Shown piece by piece: positions 39,850 to 50,368 of a stretch of DNA of 64,000 nucleotides. The stretch comes from an uncultured delta proteobacterium (GTDB taxonomy: Bacteria > Desulfobacterota > BSN033 > UBA1163): positions 960,001 to 1,024,000 of the forward strand of contig CAVPSJ010000004.1 in the NCBI GenBank assembly GCA_963708295.1, read 5' to 3'. The stretch's first letter is position 1, and every line of letters begins with the position of its first letter. Below the pieces are notes generated by a model, which worked only from the letters and a program-made list of their open reading frames with translations, was not told the origin of the DNA and did not search any database. Position numbers and translations under genes: made by a program.

Positions 39850-41985
39850 GTGACCATCCGCAAAATACTCCTCATCGTCCCGATTTTGGTTATCGTCTTC
39901 CTGCTCCAGTCCTATTTCTGGGTTCCCACCTACGAGGAACAGTCTCAAGGCAATCCCGACCGGCTGAAGGAGTATATTTCAGGCTCGATCGGAGACGCCG
40001 CCATTCTGAACCCGATCCTTTCCGCGGACTCGCCAAGCAGCACCATAGAAAGCCTCGTTTTCGAGGGACTGATCGATTATGACGAGAACCTGCGATTTAG
40101 GGGACGGTTGGCGACCTCCTGGGAAATCCATGAGGAGGCTTTCTTCTGTATCAACGAGGATGCCACGATCCCGAATACAGGAACGATGGAGGCGGAGGGA
40201 GTCCTGAAGATCCTTCAGAACAGAAAGAAAGAATCTGGCTCATTGAGTCGTCGGGCGAGATCGTCGTTCGATAACATTCGGGAAATTTCGATCGTCCCCG
40301 CGAGGGAATACGAATTCAGCCGGCAAGAGAAAGCACCCAAGGAGGGCGCGCCGGAAAGAGAAGTGAAGATTCGGGTGAGAAGCCCTTCCAGAATCAAGCT
40401 TGTTCTGGAGAACGTGGACCAGTTCCTGTTTGAAAGCCTTTCTGAGATTCTGGGAAAGAATTACTTCAATACATTCAGGGCCCAGAGATATGTTCAGTTC
40501 GATCCCGATGGGGACCCGAAGAAGAAGGCCGAGTACGCAAGCGAGGTGTTGCCCGCAACGGAACACAATCCGATCATCGTCTTTCACCTGCGGCCAGGCG
40601 TGAAATTTCATGACGGCCATCCCTTCGAAGCCGAGGATGTGAAGTTCACCTATGAGGCCATCATGAATCCTAAGAATCTCTCTCCACGCGTCGCCGATTA
40701 CGAACCCGTCAAAGAAGTGGAAGTCGTTGATCCCCTCACGATCCGCGTCGTTTACAAACGGCTCTATTCTCCGGCGCTGGGAACCTGGCAGATGGGCATC
40801 CTGCCCGAGCATCTTCTGAGCGACGAGGTCTTGAGGAAAGAGGCCGCCCAATCCGGGAAAAAGCCTGAAAAATTCTCCATGCGCGACACCCGGTTTAATC
40901 GAAACCCGATCGGGTGCGGTCCGTTCGTCTTCAAGGAATGGAAACCTGACCAGTTCATCAAGCTGAATCGCTACGCACATTATTGGGAAGGCCCGCCGAA
41001 TTACGACCAGTACTTTTTCCGGATCATTCCCGATCCTCTGACTCAGGAGATGGAGTTCTATGCAGGCACGGTAGACGCCTACGACGTTCGCCCCCACCAG
41101 GTGGCGCGTTTTCAAAAGGACCCTAAGTATCAGAGCTTCTCGGGTCTCGCGTTCGGGTACACCTACATCGGTTACAATGAGAGGCGCGAGCCGTTCAACG
41201 ACCGCAGGGTACGGACAGCCCTTGGCATGGCCATCGACGTGAACAAGATCATCCAGTATGTGCTTTTCGGCCAGGGAGAACGGATTACCGGACCTTTTCC
41301 CAAACAGACAGACTATTACAATGCCGGGGTGAAACCTCTCCCCTATGACCCCCAAGGGGCTCTGAAGCTCTTGGAGGAGGCAGGCTGGAAGCGAAACAGG
41401 GAAGGCTGGCTGGAAAAAAACGGGAAGCGACTTCAGTTCACGCTGATCACGAACAACGGAAATGATCTCCGGAAGGCCATCCTGACCGTCGCCCAGGACG
41501 AATGGAGGAAGATCGGGATCGACGTGCGGACCGACCTCCTGGAATGGGCGGTTTTCATCCAGGAACGAGTGGATAAGGCCGATTTCGATGCCCTGGTTCT
41601 TGGCTGGAGCATGGGAATCGAGCCGGACCTCTTCCAGATATGGCACTCGAGCCAGACCCATCCGTTCCAGCTCAATTTTGTGGGGTTTAAGAATGAGGAG
41701 GCCGATGATCTGATCGTCAAGATCAGACAGGAGTACAATCACGAACGTCAGGTGGCCTACTGCCACCAGCTTCATGAGATCATCGCCCGGGAGCAGCCGT
41801 ATACCTTTCTCTATGTGACGAAATGGACGGCGGTCCTGGACAAACGGATTGTCATTCAGGAAAGGGACGGGGAAGGAAAGGTCGTCTACAAGAAGATTAC
41901 GCCCACGAAGACAGGAAATTATATGTTTTACTTTAACAAGTGGATCAAGCTTCCGCAGGTGCCCACCTTCGCAGCAGAGGGATAG
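39850..41985 (+). CDS. Peptide/nickel ABC transporter substrate-binding protein
   Basis: LNPIL, GVKFHDG, PIGCGPF, RVRTAL (SBP family 5). Confidence 0.9.
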   Translation: MTIRKILLIVPILVIVFLLQSYFWVPTYEEQSQGNPDRLKEYISGSIGDAAILNPILSADSPSSTIESLVFEGLIDYDENLRFRGRLATSWEIHEEAFFCINEDATIPNTGTMEAEGVLKILQNRKKESGSLSRRARSSFDNIREISIVPAREYEFSRQEKAPKEGAPEREVKIRVRSPSRIKLVLENVDQFLFESLSEILGKNYFNTFRAQRYVQFDPDGDPKKKAEYASEVLPATEHNPIIVFHLRPGVKFHDGHPFEAEDVKFTYEAIMNPKNLSPRVADYEPVKEVEVVDPLTIRVVYKRLYSPALGTWQMGILPEHLLSDEVLRKEAAQSGKKPEKFSMRDTRFNRNPIGCGPFVFKEWKPDQFIKLNRYAHYWEGPPNYDQYFFRIIPDPLTQEMEFYAGTVDAYDVRPHQVARFQKDPKYQSFSGLAFGYTYIGYNERREPFNDRRVRTALGMAIDVNKIIQYVLFGQGERITGPFPKQTDYYNAGVKPLPYDPQGALKLLEEAGWKRNREGWLEKNGKRLQFTLITNNGNDLRKAILTVAQDEWRKIGIDVRTDLLEWAVFIQERVDKADFDALVLGWSMGIEPDLFQIWHSSQTHPFQLNFVGFKNEEADDLIVKIRQEYNHERQVAYCHQLHEIIAREQPYTFLYVTKWTAVLDKRIVIQERDGEGKVVYKKITPTKTGNYMFYFNKWIKLPQVPTFAAEG

Positions 41986-41987
41986 CG

Positions 41988-42947
41988 ATGCTTTCATTCA
42001 TGGCCCGCAGCGCGGTTCAAAAGATCATCACGTTGTTCTTTGTTTCGGTGATCTCCTTTCTGGTCATTTACCTGGCTCCGGGCAAACCCAGCCAGGTGGA
42101 CCCTTTGAACCCTAAGTTCACCCCGGAGATGGTGGAGCGGTTTCGGAAGCAGTTTCATCTCGACGAGCCCCTCTATGCCCAATATGTTTATTTTTACCAG
42201 GATTTTTTTACAGGGAAGAGTGTTTCCTGGAAAGACAATGAGCCGGTTCTCAAGAAGATCTGGGATCGGTTCAAGAACAGCCTCTTGCTCTTTGTGGTGG
42301 GGACCCTCTTGACCTGGACTCTGTCGTTCCCGATCGGGATCCGTTCGGCGCTTTTCAGGGGTGGAGCCTATGATCGCAGTATGACCTTTCTCTCCTATTT
42401 CCTGATCTCCATCCCGGGTTTCTTTTTCGCCTATATCCTTATCATCCTGGTGGTCGAAGGCCTTCACATCCCTGTCATCGGGATGCAGACCTTCGGGCTG
42501 GGAGACGTCCCCTGGTACCGTCAGGGGATGGACCGGATCTGGCATCTCCTCCTTCCTTCTGTACTGGGGGCGACCGGCGGGATCGCGATCCTTTCACGAT
42601 ACGTGCGGAGCCAGATGCTCGAGGTGGAGAGCCAGGACTATATCAGGACGGCTCGCGCCAAAGGGCTTCCCGAGGAAAAGGTTCATTATAAACACGCCCT
42701 TCGCAATGCCCTGTTACCCTTTGTCACCATGTTCGGCCTGATTCTGCCGGGGTTGATTGGCGGATCCGTCATTATCGAGTATATCTTCTCCTGGCCCGGG
42801 ATGGGACGGATGGCGTACGAAGCCATTCTGGCCCGGGACTATCCGATCATTCTGGCGGAGAACTTCATCGCCGCGGTATTGGTACTGATCGGGACCTTCG
42901 TCTCGGATGTGCTCTACATGATTGTGGACCCGAGGATACGGCTGTGA
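41988..42947 (+). CDS. Peptide ABC transporter permease (OppB/DppB-like)
   Basis: DYIRTARAKGL, HALRNAL, DPRIR. Confidence 0.92.
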   Translation: MLSFMARSAVQKIITLFFVSVISFLVIYLAPGKPSQVDPLNPKFTPEMVERFRKQFHLDEPLYAQYVYFYQDFFTGKSVSWKDNEPVLKKIWDRFKNSLLLFVVGTLLTWTLSFPIGIRSALFRGGAYDRSMTFLSYFLISIPGFFFAYILIILVVEGLHIPVIGMQTFGLGDVPWYRQGMDRIWHLLLPSVLGATGGIAILSRYVRSQMLEVESQDYIRTARAKGLPEEKVHYKHALRNALLPFVTMFGLILPGLIGGSVIIEYIFSWPGMGRMAYEAILARDYPIILAENFIAAVLVLIGTFVSDVLYMIVDPRIRL

Positions 42948-44117
42948 TTCGAACGGAGATGGAAACCTTCCGTAAGGAGCCTATTGAAAAGCCCCTGGCG
43001 CCCAGGGAGTCGAGGTGGCGGGAGTTCTGGCGCCTCTTCAGGAAAAACCAGCTCGCCTTCGTCGGTCTCCTTATCTTTGTTGTCTTCTTTTTCACTGCGC
43101 TGGTCGGGCTCGTCACTGACATGGGGTTCGAAACCTGTTTTCGATCCTGCGATGGTGCGGCTGGAGGAGAAATTGCGCCCCCCGCTCTCCAGCCCGAACC
43201 ATGAAACCCTGGCTCCCGAGGCGATCCCCCGCCTGGGCATTTATCTCTTCGGGACCGACGACCTGGGGCGCGACGTCTTTGCCAGGATGATGCAGGGGGC
43301 TTGGGTCTCTCTCACGGTGGGATTCGTGGCGGTCGGCATATCGGTGCTGATCGGGATCATTCTCGGAGGTATCTCCGGGTATTACGGGCAGAACGCGGCG
43401 ACGGCCGACCAGGTGATTGCCTCCGCCATAGGTATCGCTGGTGCCATTTTGCTGGTAGCCAGGGAGACCACCCTCGGGGCATTGCTCCTGATCGCCGGAG
43501 TGATCTTTTTTGTCCTATCCCAGGGCTTGAAGCGAAAGGTCCGGACACGAGCAAAGGCCGGGTGGGCAAGGATCCTTTCGACTCCAGTGGTCTCGTTCGA
43601 CACGCTCATCATGCGGTTTGTCGATATCATGCTCTGTTTTCCAAGCTTCTTCCTGATCCTGACCGTGGTCGCCCTCCTTCCTCCCAGCATCTACAACATC
43701 ATGATCGTGATCGGCCTGACCAGCTGGATGGGGACCACGCGTTTCGTCCGGGCGGAGTTTCTGTCGCTCCGGGATCAGGATTTTGTGACAGCGGCCCGCG
43801 CGCTCGGCATCGGCAATTGGCGGATCATCTTCCGTCACATGGTGCCCAATGCCATCGCCCCGGTGCTTGTCTCAGCGACGATCGGCATCGCATCGGCGAT
43901 TTTGACCGAGTCGGCCCTGAGCTTTCTGGGTTTGGGCGTGCCTCCTCCGCATGCCACCTGGGGGAACATTCTTTCCGACGGGAAAAATTACATCTTCGAT
44001 GCGCCCTGGCTGACCTTTGTCCCGGGGATTGCCATCCTGATTGTGGTCCTCTCTTTCAACCTTTTCGGCGAAGGCCTGCGCGATATTCTCAATCCGCGGC
44101 TCCGGGAGCGGTCGTGA
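42944..44117 (+). CDS. Peptide ABC transporter permease (OppC/DppC-like), frameshift near 43120
   Basis: FRKNQLA in the first frame; GTDDLGRD, FVTAARALG, GEGLRD in the second. Confidence 0.88.
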
Positions 44118-45133
44118 TGCTTTCCGTTCAGGATTTGAAGGTCTATTTCTTCAGCGATGAGAGAATTGCCCGGGCCGTAGATGGGGTCAGCTATGAGGTC
44201 CGGAAAGGGGAGACCGTTTGTCTGGTGGGGGAGTCCGGGTGTGGAAAGACGGTCTCGGCGCTGACCATTCTGCGAATCCTCCCGATGCCCCCGGGCAGGA
44301 TCATGGGCGGAAAAATCCTCTTCAAGGGCCGAAATATCATGGATCTTGATGAAGAGGAGATGCAGAAAGTCCGGGGAAAACAAATTGCCATGATCTTCCA
44401 GGAGCCAATGACCTCTCTCAATCCCGTGTTCACCATTGAGGATCAGATCGGAGAGGCCATCATGGTCCACGAAACCATCGGTCAGGAAGAAGTCCGTCGC
44501 AGATGCATTCAGCTTCTGAGAGATGTGGGCATCCCGTCGCCGGAACAGCGTTTGAAGGATTACCCCCATCAACTCAGTGGCGGGCAAAGGCAGCGTGTGA
44601 TGATCGCCATGGCCCTCGCATGCAACCCCGATCTTGTGATTGCCGACGAGCCGACGACGGCTCTGGACGTGACGATCCAGGCCCAGATCCTGAACCTGTT
44701 TCGGGAGCTGAAGAAGAAACGTGATATGTCGCTTCTCTACATTACGCATGATCTCGGGGTGGTTTCGACGATTGCCGACCGGATCTATGTGATGTATGCA
44801 GGGATCATTGCAGAGCAGGGAACCACCACGCACATTTTCCGCGAACCGAAGCATCCTTATACTCAGAGCCTCTTGGCCTCGCTGCCGAGCCGCGCAAAGA
44901 GAGGAAAGACGCTTTACAGCATTCCCGGCGCCGTGCCCAATCCTGCCTACAAACCGGCGGGGTGTCCTTTCCATCCCCGATGCCCTCACGCCATCGATCC
45001 TTGCAGAAGCGCTTATCCGGCATTATGTGATTATGGAAAAGGGCACCTAAGCCGCTGCCCTGTCCTGTACCAGCGAGAGAATCCCGGTAATGGAAAAGAG
45101 CCATCAGCATACTCATGCCCTCCTCAAGGTTGA
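44117..45133 (+). CDS. Peptide ABC transporter ATPase (OppD-like)
   Basis: Start MLSVQDL at 44117; [32 protein letters not shown]. Confidence 0.93.
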   Translation: MLSVQDLKVYFFSDERIARAVDGVSYEVRKGETVCLVGESGCGKTVSALTILRILPMPPGRIMGGKILFKGRNIMDLDEEEMQKVRGKQIAMIFQEPMTSLNPVFTIEDQIGEAIMVHETIGQEEVRRRCIQLLRDVGIPSPEQRLKDYPHQLSGGQRQRVMIAMALACNPDLVIADEPTTALDVTIQAQILNLFRELKKKRDMSLLYITHDLGVVSTIADRIYVMYAGIIAEQGTTTHIFREPKHPYTQSLLASLPSRAKRGKTLYSIPGAVPNPAYKPAGCPFHPRCPHAIDPCRSAYPALCDYGKGHLSRCPVLYQRENPGNGKEPSAYSCPPQG

Positions 45134-46076
45134 AGGGCTCCAAAAGTACTTTCCCGTGAGAAGAGGTTTTCTTCAGAAGGTCATCGGCTGGGTGAAGGCC
45201 GTTGACGGCGTGGACCTGGAGATTTTGCCCGGGAAGACCCTCGGGCTGGTGGGTGAGAGCGGCTGCGGCAAGTCCACGGTCGGCCGACTCATCTTGAGAC
45301 TCCTGGAGCCCGATCAGGGAACAATCATTCACAAGGGCCGGGATATCCGCGGGCTGACGCAGGATGAGCTGAAACCCTTACGGAAAGAGATGCAGATCAT
45401 CTTCCAGGATCCCTTTGGCTCTCTTAACCCCAGGATGACCGTGGGGCAATCAATCGGAGAGGGCCTTCGGACCTGGGGGGTGAAGGACCTTCATAAGAGG
45501 AAGGCCCGGGTGAGGGAACTCTTAGAGACGGTGGGCATCGCTCCTGAGGCGGCGGACTTCTATCCTCATGAATTCAGCGGCGGACAAAGACAGAGGATTG
45601 GTATCGCCCGGGCCCTGAGTTTGGAGCCCGGCCTGATTGTCTGTGATGAGCCCGTGTCAGCGCTCGATGTGTCTATCCAATCCCAGATCCTCAATCTCCT
45701 CAAGGAACTGCAAGGCCGACTGGGTTTGAGCTATCTCTTCATCTCTCATGATCTAAACGTGGTGGGCTATATGAGTGACACCGTCGCCGTCATGTATCTG
45801 GGCCACATCATGGAATACGCTCCGGCCGACGAGCTTTACGAACATTACTTGAACCCTTACACCGTGGCGTTGTTCTCCTCCGTGCCTTCCACGGACCCGG
45901 ATAAGCAGCATGAACCACAAGCGCTGTCAGGCGAGGTGCCCAGCGCTTTCGACCCGCCCCCGGGGTGCAAATTTCAGGGAAGGTGCCCCATCGTTGAAGA
46001 CCGCTGCCGGGTCGGGGTGATTGAAATGTATAAAGTAGGTGAGGACCACGGGGTACGGTGCTGGAAGGTGGTTTGA
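45090..46076 (+). CDS. Peptide ABC transporter ATPase (OppF-like)
   Basis: [24 protein letters not shown]. Confidence 0.93.
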   Translation: MEKSHQHTHALLKVEGLQKYFPVRRGFLQKVIGWVKAVDGVDLEILPGKTLGLVGESGCGKSTVGRLILRLLEPDQGTIIHKGRDIRGLTQDELKPLRKEMQIIFQDPFGSLNPRMTVGQSIGEGLRTWGVKDLHKRKARVRELLETVGIAPEAADFYPHEFSGGQRQRIGIARALSLEPGLIVCDEPVSALDVSIQSQILNLLKELQGRLGLSYLFISHDLNVVGYMSDTVAVMYLGHIMEYAPADELYEHYLNPYTVALFSSVPSTDPDKQHEPQALSGEVPSAFDPPPGCKFQGRCPIVEDRCRVGVIEMYKVGEDHGVRCWKVV

Positions 46077-46320
46077 TCCGAAACGCAGAGCGCGCGGCGA
46101 TTTTCCAAAGTTACGGATCAGTCCTTTTGCATGGATGCTGTAGACTAAATCCCTCCTCACCTCCCTTTGCAAAAGGGGGGAATTCCCCCTCTTTGGCAAA
46201 GAGGGGTTGGGGGAGATTTTCACAACGACATGTCTTCTTAACTGTGAACTCCTAAGTAAAAGATTGTTAGAGGGTAAGACGCTATGCGCTATGCTCCATG
46301 CGCCTTGCGGTTTTCTATAT

Positions 46321-47004
46321 TTATCGGCTGGTGACCATGACGTTGAACCCCATCCGGGCAAGTTTTTCCGCGATGACCAAAGCGGATTCTCTCGTGTCGA
46401 ATTGCCCCACTCTCACCCGGTGATATTTCTGGGTCTGTGTTTCCAGAGCCATGACGGAGACGTTGTCAAAGTTTTTTCGAAGCTGTTCTGCTAGTCTCTG
46501 AGCATTGGGTTCATCCACAAAGGAGCCGACCTGGAGGGTGAATCGCTGAACCAGCTCGGGGGCAAAGCCAATCACCTCCACTTTGACGGAAGCCGTTCCT
46601 TTTTCCCACATCCCGAGCATCCGGGCGGCGGCATAGGAGACATCGATAATCCGCTCCTTAACAAAAGGACCCCGGTCATTGACCTTCAATTCAAGGGACT
46701 TTCCGTTTTCGACATTGGTCACCATGACCATTGTTCCCAAAGGAAGGGTCTGATGGGCACAGGTCAGTTGGTACATATCATAAACTTCACCGCTCGAGGT
46801 GGCTTTGCCGTGAAAGTCGGCTCCATACCAGGAGGCGACTCCATATTGGGGTTCTCTGCTCTCTCCCTTCCTTATTTCTCTTTTCTCCGGAGGGGGCATT
46901 CTTCTCTCATAAACAACGCGACGTTCGGAAGCACAGGCCGTCATCAGAAAAAAGACGATGATCAATAAAGTAGGTATAGGAACCGTTCGCCTCTCGCGAT
47001 TCAT
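46321..47004 (-). CDS. rlpA: Septal ring lytic transglycosylase RlpA (DPBB + SPOR lipoprotein)
   Basis: Lipobox MTAC, GVASWYG, VNDRGPF, RIIDVS, C-terminal SPOR domain. Confidence 0.92.
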   Translation of the reverse strand: MNRERRTVPIPTLLIIVFFLMTACASERRVVYERRMPPPEKREIRKGESREPQYGVASWYGADFHGKATSSGEVYDMYQLTCAHQTLPLGTMVMVTNVENGKSLELKVNDRGPFVKERIIDVSYAAARMLGMWEKGTASVKVEVIGFAPELVQRFTLQVGSFVDEPNAQRLAEQLRKNFDNVSVMALETQTQKYHRVRVGQFDTRESALVIAEKLARMGFNVMVTSR

Positions 47005-47200
47005 CTATATTTAACCGCCCTGTTTTCTTTTAACACAATTTGCTCGATATCACCCGTCCAGAGGACTTCTCACATTCAGGCAGATTTCCCGCAAAAATGT
47101 GTTCCAGTGTATGAACTAAAACCTATTTTGTTACCCCCGTTTGCTGTAAGCCTAAGTGCCCGCAGTCACCAGGAGATACATATTACGGTCAATGCTGTTT

Positions 47201-47412
47201 ATTAAGATCGCACCTGAAAACCCCGTCCTGTGGACGGGGATGAAAGGTGTGTCTGCTGAAAGCAGAAAAAATAAATCAGATGCTGAAACAAGTTCAGCAT
47301 GACAGGACGGTTCGGTTCTGATCTTTTTGTCATCCCGAACTTGTTTCGGGATCTCGGTTTTTGGCTTTAGAATTTAAGCTTTAAAGCCCCGCCCTGTGGG
47401 CGGGGTTCTTTG
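47201..47412. mobile_element. Non-autonomous palindrome-bounded element (IS200/IS605-like ends) with nested REP-like doublet
   Basis: CCCCGTCC-TGT-GGACGGGG (47221-47239) and CCCCGCCC-TGT-GGGCGGGG (47387-47405); internal doublet 47278-47355 also present at 57410-57474. Confidence 0.55.
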
Positions 47413-47615
47413 CTAATGTAAAGATTGTCCAGGGGGCTTTTGGGAACGCTCACCCTATCTCTTATCACATGGGTGTAGATCATGGTGGTTTCAAGATGTT
47501 TATGACCCAATAAATTCTGGATCTCCCTGATATTCACCCCATTCAGTAAAAGATGCGTCGCAAAACTGTGTCTGAGTGTATGTACGGACGCGTGCTTGGC
47601 AATGCCCGCTTTCTT
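47367..47615 (-). pseudogene. intI: Integron integrase, C-terminal remnant
   Basis: [56 protein letters not shown]; no start codon; divergent from the attC array. Confidence 0.88.
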
Positions 47616-47773
47616 GTGAATTCCATTATTTCAGGTTTATCGATCTAGGAGTGAAGCAAGATTACAGAGTAAGACGTGATGAACTGGAAATACACGAGAC
47701 CTACCCTTTGAGCAAAAAGCAAAATGAATGGCGTGTGATGCCTTGGGGGCCTCAAGCTATGATGAAGAAGGAG

Positions 47774-47862
47774 TCATAACAAGAAAATCAACCCGACCGG
47801 GGATAGCCCGGTAGGGTTTTAGCGAGGGGGGGTGCCCCGGCGGGTTATTTACTTCGTTAAGC
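47774..47862 (+). repeat. attC site 1
   Basis: TCATAAC...GTTAAGC with imperfect internal palindrome. Confidence 0.75.
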
Positions 47863-47883
47863 CCAAAATATAAATAGAGAGAA

Positions 47884-48195
47884 ATGAGAGATCGACCACC
47901 TCCATTACTCGATAGTGCTAAAGTACTTAAGTACGCGATTGTTAACACCTCAGTCGAATTCACAGGACGATTATGCCTTTACGTGGACGGAAAGCTTCTG
48001 GGAAAAGTCCCAAAGCTCGCAATTTGTCAAAATTATAAGGCGAAAGATTATCTATTATTGTTCTGCAACAAGAAATGGAAAGTTTTGGGAGTGGCGGGGT
48101 ATAAATCCATTCAAGAAACCAAAGAAAAAGCAGAAAGGGCATACAAAGGAATAACAAAAAAATGGATGACAAAAACTAGGGGACGTTGGTTCTAA
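47884..48195 (+). CDS. Cassette-encoded hypothetical protein (3' end replaced by the element TIR)
   Basis: AT-rich ORF starting right after attC1; its stop lies within the transposon left IR. Confidence 0.7.
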   Translation: MRDRPPPLLDSAKVLKYAIVNTSVEFTGRLCLYVDGKLLGKVPKLAICQNYKAKDYLLLFCNKKWKVLGVAGYKSIQETKEKAERAYKGITKKWMTKTRGRWF

Positions 48196-49249
48196 AACAC
48201 CTTGACAGGTTGACCCAAAAAGAGTAACGTATTTCTATGCCAAGACAGCCACGGCTAGATGCTCCTGGAGCTTTGCATCATATCATGGGGCGGGGTATTG
48301 AGCGGGCGAGCATATTCCGCACGGATCGAGACCGTGAGGATTTTCTTAAGAGGTTGGCAGATTTGTCAATGGCGAGGGAGCTAATCGTCTATGCCTGGTC
48401 CCTGATGCCTAATCACTTTCATTTATTAGTTCGGACAGGGCGGCAGTCAATTTCGAAGAGTATGCGGAAACTTCTTACGGGGTACGTCGTTAATTTTAAC
48501 CTGCGACACAAGAGGCATGGTCATTTATTTCAGGACAGATATAAATCGATCATATGTGAAGACGACCCCTATCTGCTGGAATTGACGAGATACATTCATT
48601 TGAATCCCCTGAGAGCAGGTATAGTAAGGAGCTTGGAGGAATTGAGAGGCTATCGTTGGACAGGCCATGCTGCGATCCTGGGGAGGGTGAGGCAGGAATG
48701 GCAGGATATCAAGGCCATTAGGGCCTATTTTGGTAAGGGACGCCGGGCGGTTGAAAAATACGAGCAGTATGTGAGAGAAGGGCTGTCCCTCGGGAAGAGG
48801 CCAGAATTGGTGGGAGGTGGGCTAATACGGAGTTTAGGGGGATGGTCGCAGGTGCTGTCGTTAAAGAGAAAGGGGATGAGGGTAGCCTCGGATGACAGGG
48901 TTTTAGGAAGGGACGAATTTGTACAAAGATTGATGTCTGAGGCTGAGGAGAAGGAAAAGGAAACGTTGAGACTGGGTCGCGAAGTGCCAGGACTAGCGAT
49001 GTTAGTGGACAGAATCTCAAGAGGGGAGGGGATAGAGGAATCGGAGTTACGTTCGGGGACGCGAAAGAGAGAGGCGGTCAGAGCAAGGAGGCTGTTTTGT
49101 CAGTTGGCGATAGGGAGGATGGGTTATCCTGGGGCTGAGGTTGCCCGTTTTCTTGGAGTGACGACTTCTTCGGTGAATCGGCTGGCTGTTTCCGAGGAAG
49201 TGCCCCATCTAAAGAAATATCTTAAGTTGCTTTAGAACCAACGTCCCCT
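48178..49249 (+). mobile_element. Y1/RAYT-type transposase element with perfect 19-bp terminal inverted repeats
   Basis: AGGGGACGTTGGTTCTAAA (48178-48196) and TTTAGAACCAACGTCCCCT (49231-49249). Confidence 0.8.
48237..49235 (+). CDS. REP-associated-type tyrosine (HUH/Y1) transposase with C-terminal HTH
   Basis: MPRQPR, HHIMGRG, LMPNHFHLL, GHLFQDRYKS, YIHLNP; TTGACA-N17-TAACGT promoter ends 6 nt before the ATG. Confidence 0.9.
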   Translation: MPRQPRLDAPGALHHIMGRGIERASIFRTDRDREDFLKRLADLSMARELIVYAWSLMPNHFHLLVRTGRQSISKSMRKLLTGYVVNFNLRHKRHGHLFQDRYKSIICEDDPYLLELTRYIHLNPLRAGIVRSLEELRGYRWTGHAAILGRVRQEWQDIKAIRAYFGKGRRAVEKYEQYVREGLSLGKRPELVGGGLIRSLGGWSQVLSLKRKGMRVASDDRVLGRDEFVQRLMSEAEEKEKETLRLGREVPGLAMLVDRISRGEGIEESELRSGTRKREAVRARRLFCQLAIGRMGYPGAEVARFLGVTTSSVNRLAVSEEVPHLKKYLKLL

Positions 49250-49344
49250 CTTCCTGCTTACCGTATTATTCTCAATGGTGTCGGTGCTGGGCTCGGAATC
49301 TTATTCGTTTTGGGTGAATGCAATGGAAAATGAAGAAATAGAGC

Positions 49345-49432
49345 GTACAACAAGACAATCAAGGCGACGGGTGATAGCCCGTCGCCTTCTAGCGGAGGTC
49401 AGTGCCCCCGCGCCTTATTTCTTTCGTTGGCC
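49345..49432 (+). repeat. attC site 2
   Basis: GTACAAC...GTTGGCC. Confidence 0.75.
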
Positions 49433-49448
49433 GTAATAGGATTCTAAG

Positions 49449-49574
49449 ATGAATTGCTGGCTTTGTGACCGATCTCAATACGAGTATCTTGAATACGACG
49501 GTATTCGTGTATCGCGATTGATATTTGAGTGTGAGCATACGTTTGGAGTGATTCCACAAGAGTTCTCAGCATGA
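49449..49574 (+). CDS. Cassette-encoded 41-aa peptide with CxxC...CxH
   Basis: MNCWLCDRSQ...FECEHTF...; only ORF between attC2 and attC3. Confidence 0.4.
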   Translation: MNCWLCDRSQYEYLEYDGIRVSRLIFECEHTFGVIPQEFSA

Positions 49575-49580
49575 AGATTC

Positions 49581-49669
49581 AGCCAACAATTTAATGAAGG
49601 CGAAGGGCCATAATCCTCATGGTTTTCTGCAAACGCGGATTGCCCCGCGCCTGATTTTTGTCGTTAGGC
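49581..49669 (+). repeat. attC site 3
   Basis: AGCCAAC...GTTAGGC. Confidence 0.75.
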
Positions 49670-49680
49670 TACTAAGATCA

Positions 49681-50121
49681 ATGATGTATCTTGAGAAACA
49701 CGAAATGCTGGAACAGATACTGTTGCGGGCTGCGAGGTGATGTTTCCGGATAGGAGACAATTTACTGCCGTTCGCATGCGAGACTCGGATGGAGATACTG
49801 TTTTACACAAGGTAGCCTTTGGGAGATCGCTATGCAGCTTCGCTCTTGATTGAATCTGGAGCGGAGATTGATGCTAAAGGTGATAAAGGTTGTACACCAT
49901 TGTATTTCGCCGTAATGGGCGGCCATATTGGAACAGCTAAACTACTGTTGAATCTTGGTGCAGACCCCGATGCCCAAACGAACCTCGGGTTCAGTCCGAG
50001 GACATTGGCACTTTCCCAGGGAAAAACATTAATGGTCCGACTTTCAAACAGAAGCCAAAGAAAAGGGGACCCAAGAAAGCCTAACAAGCGGGCGGAGGCG
50101 AGCGTGAATCGCCCTGTTTGA
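49681..50121 (+). CDS. Ankyrin-repeat protein cassette (frameshifted)
   Basis: DGDTVLHK (upstream frame), GAEIDAKGDKGCTPLYFA, LGADPD. Confidence 0.7.
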
Positions 50122-50160
50122 ATTGGGGATGAGTACCCGCCGCCTCACCCAACATTCGGC
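50079..50160 (+). repeat. attC site 4 (degenerate core ATT)
   Basis: GCCTAAC...ATTCGGC. Confidence 0.6.
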
Positions 50161-50170
50161 AGGAGAGGAA

Positions 50171-50368
50171 ATGAGAGTCATAGAGGAAAACTACCAGCGT
50201 ATCACGGATGACAGGCGTTCATTCGATATTCACTTTTGGCAATCCCAAGGTGATCGTGCCATTTTTGAGGCAGTATCGGAAATGCTGCGTGACTACTTCT
50301 TGATTCGAGGTAAAGATGCTGACGAATTCCGACTTCAGAGAACTGTTGAATCTTTTCGAAAAGCATAA
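50171..50368 (+). CDS. Small partner protein of the nucleotidyltransferase
   Basis: RBS AGGAG; FDIHFWQSQ..AIFEA..RLQRTV; overlaps the next gene. Confidence 0.7.
   Translation: MRVIEENYQRITDDRRSFDIHFWQSQGDRAIFEAVSEMLRDYFLIRGKDADEFRLQRTVESFRKA

Noticed and set aside
40240-41997. 585-aa antisense ORF and other long shadow ORFs (43988-44989 minus, 18816-19802 plus, 21791-22672 plus)
   Set aside because: They lie opposite well-supported genes in GC-rich DNA and carry no recognisable motifs.
43301-44116. N-terminal extension of the 610-aa OppD ORF
   Set aside because: Overlaps the permease in another frame; the ATPase starts at 44117.
85-49820. Widespread frameshifts read as pseudogenisation or programmed frameshifting
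   Set aside because: Single-base indels, often in short homopolymers, hit dsrA, dsrM, YeiH, ASST and a permease alike while the flanking protein sequence stays intact; most consistent with long-read consensus error. Needs read-level confirmation.
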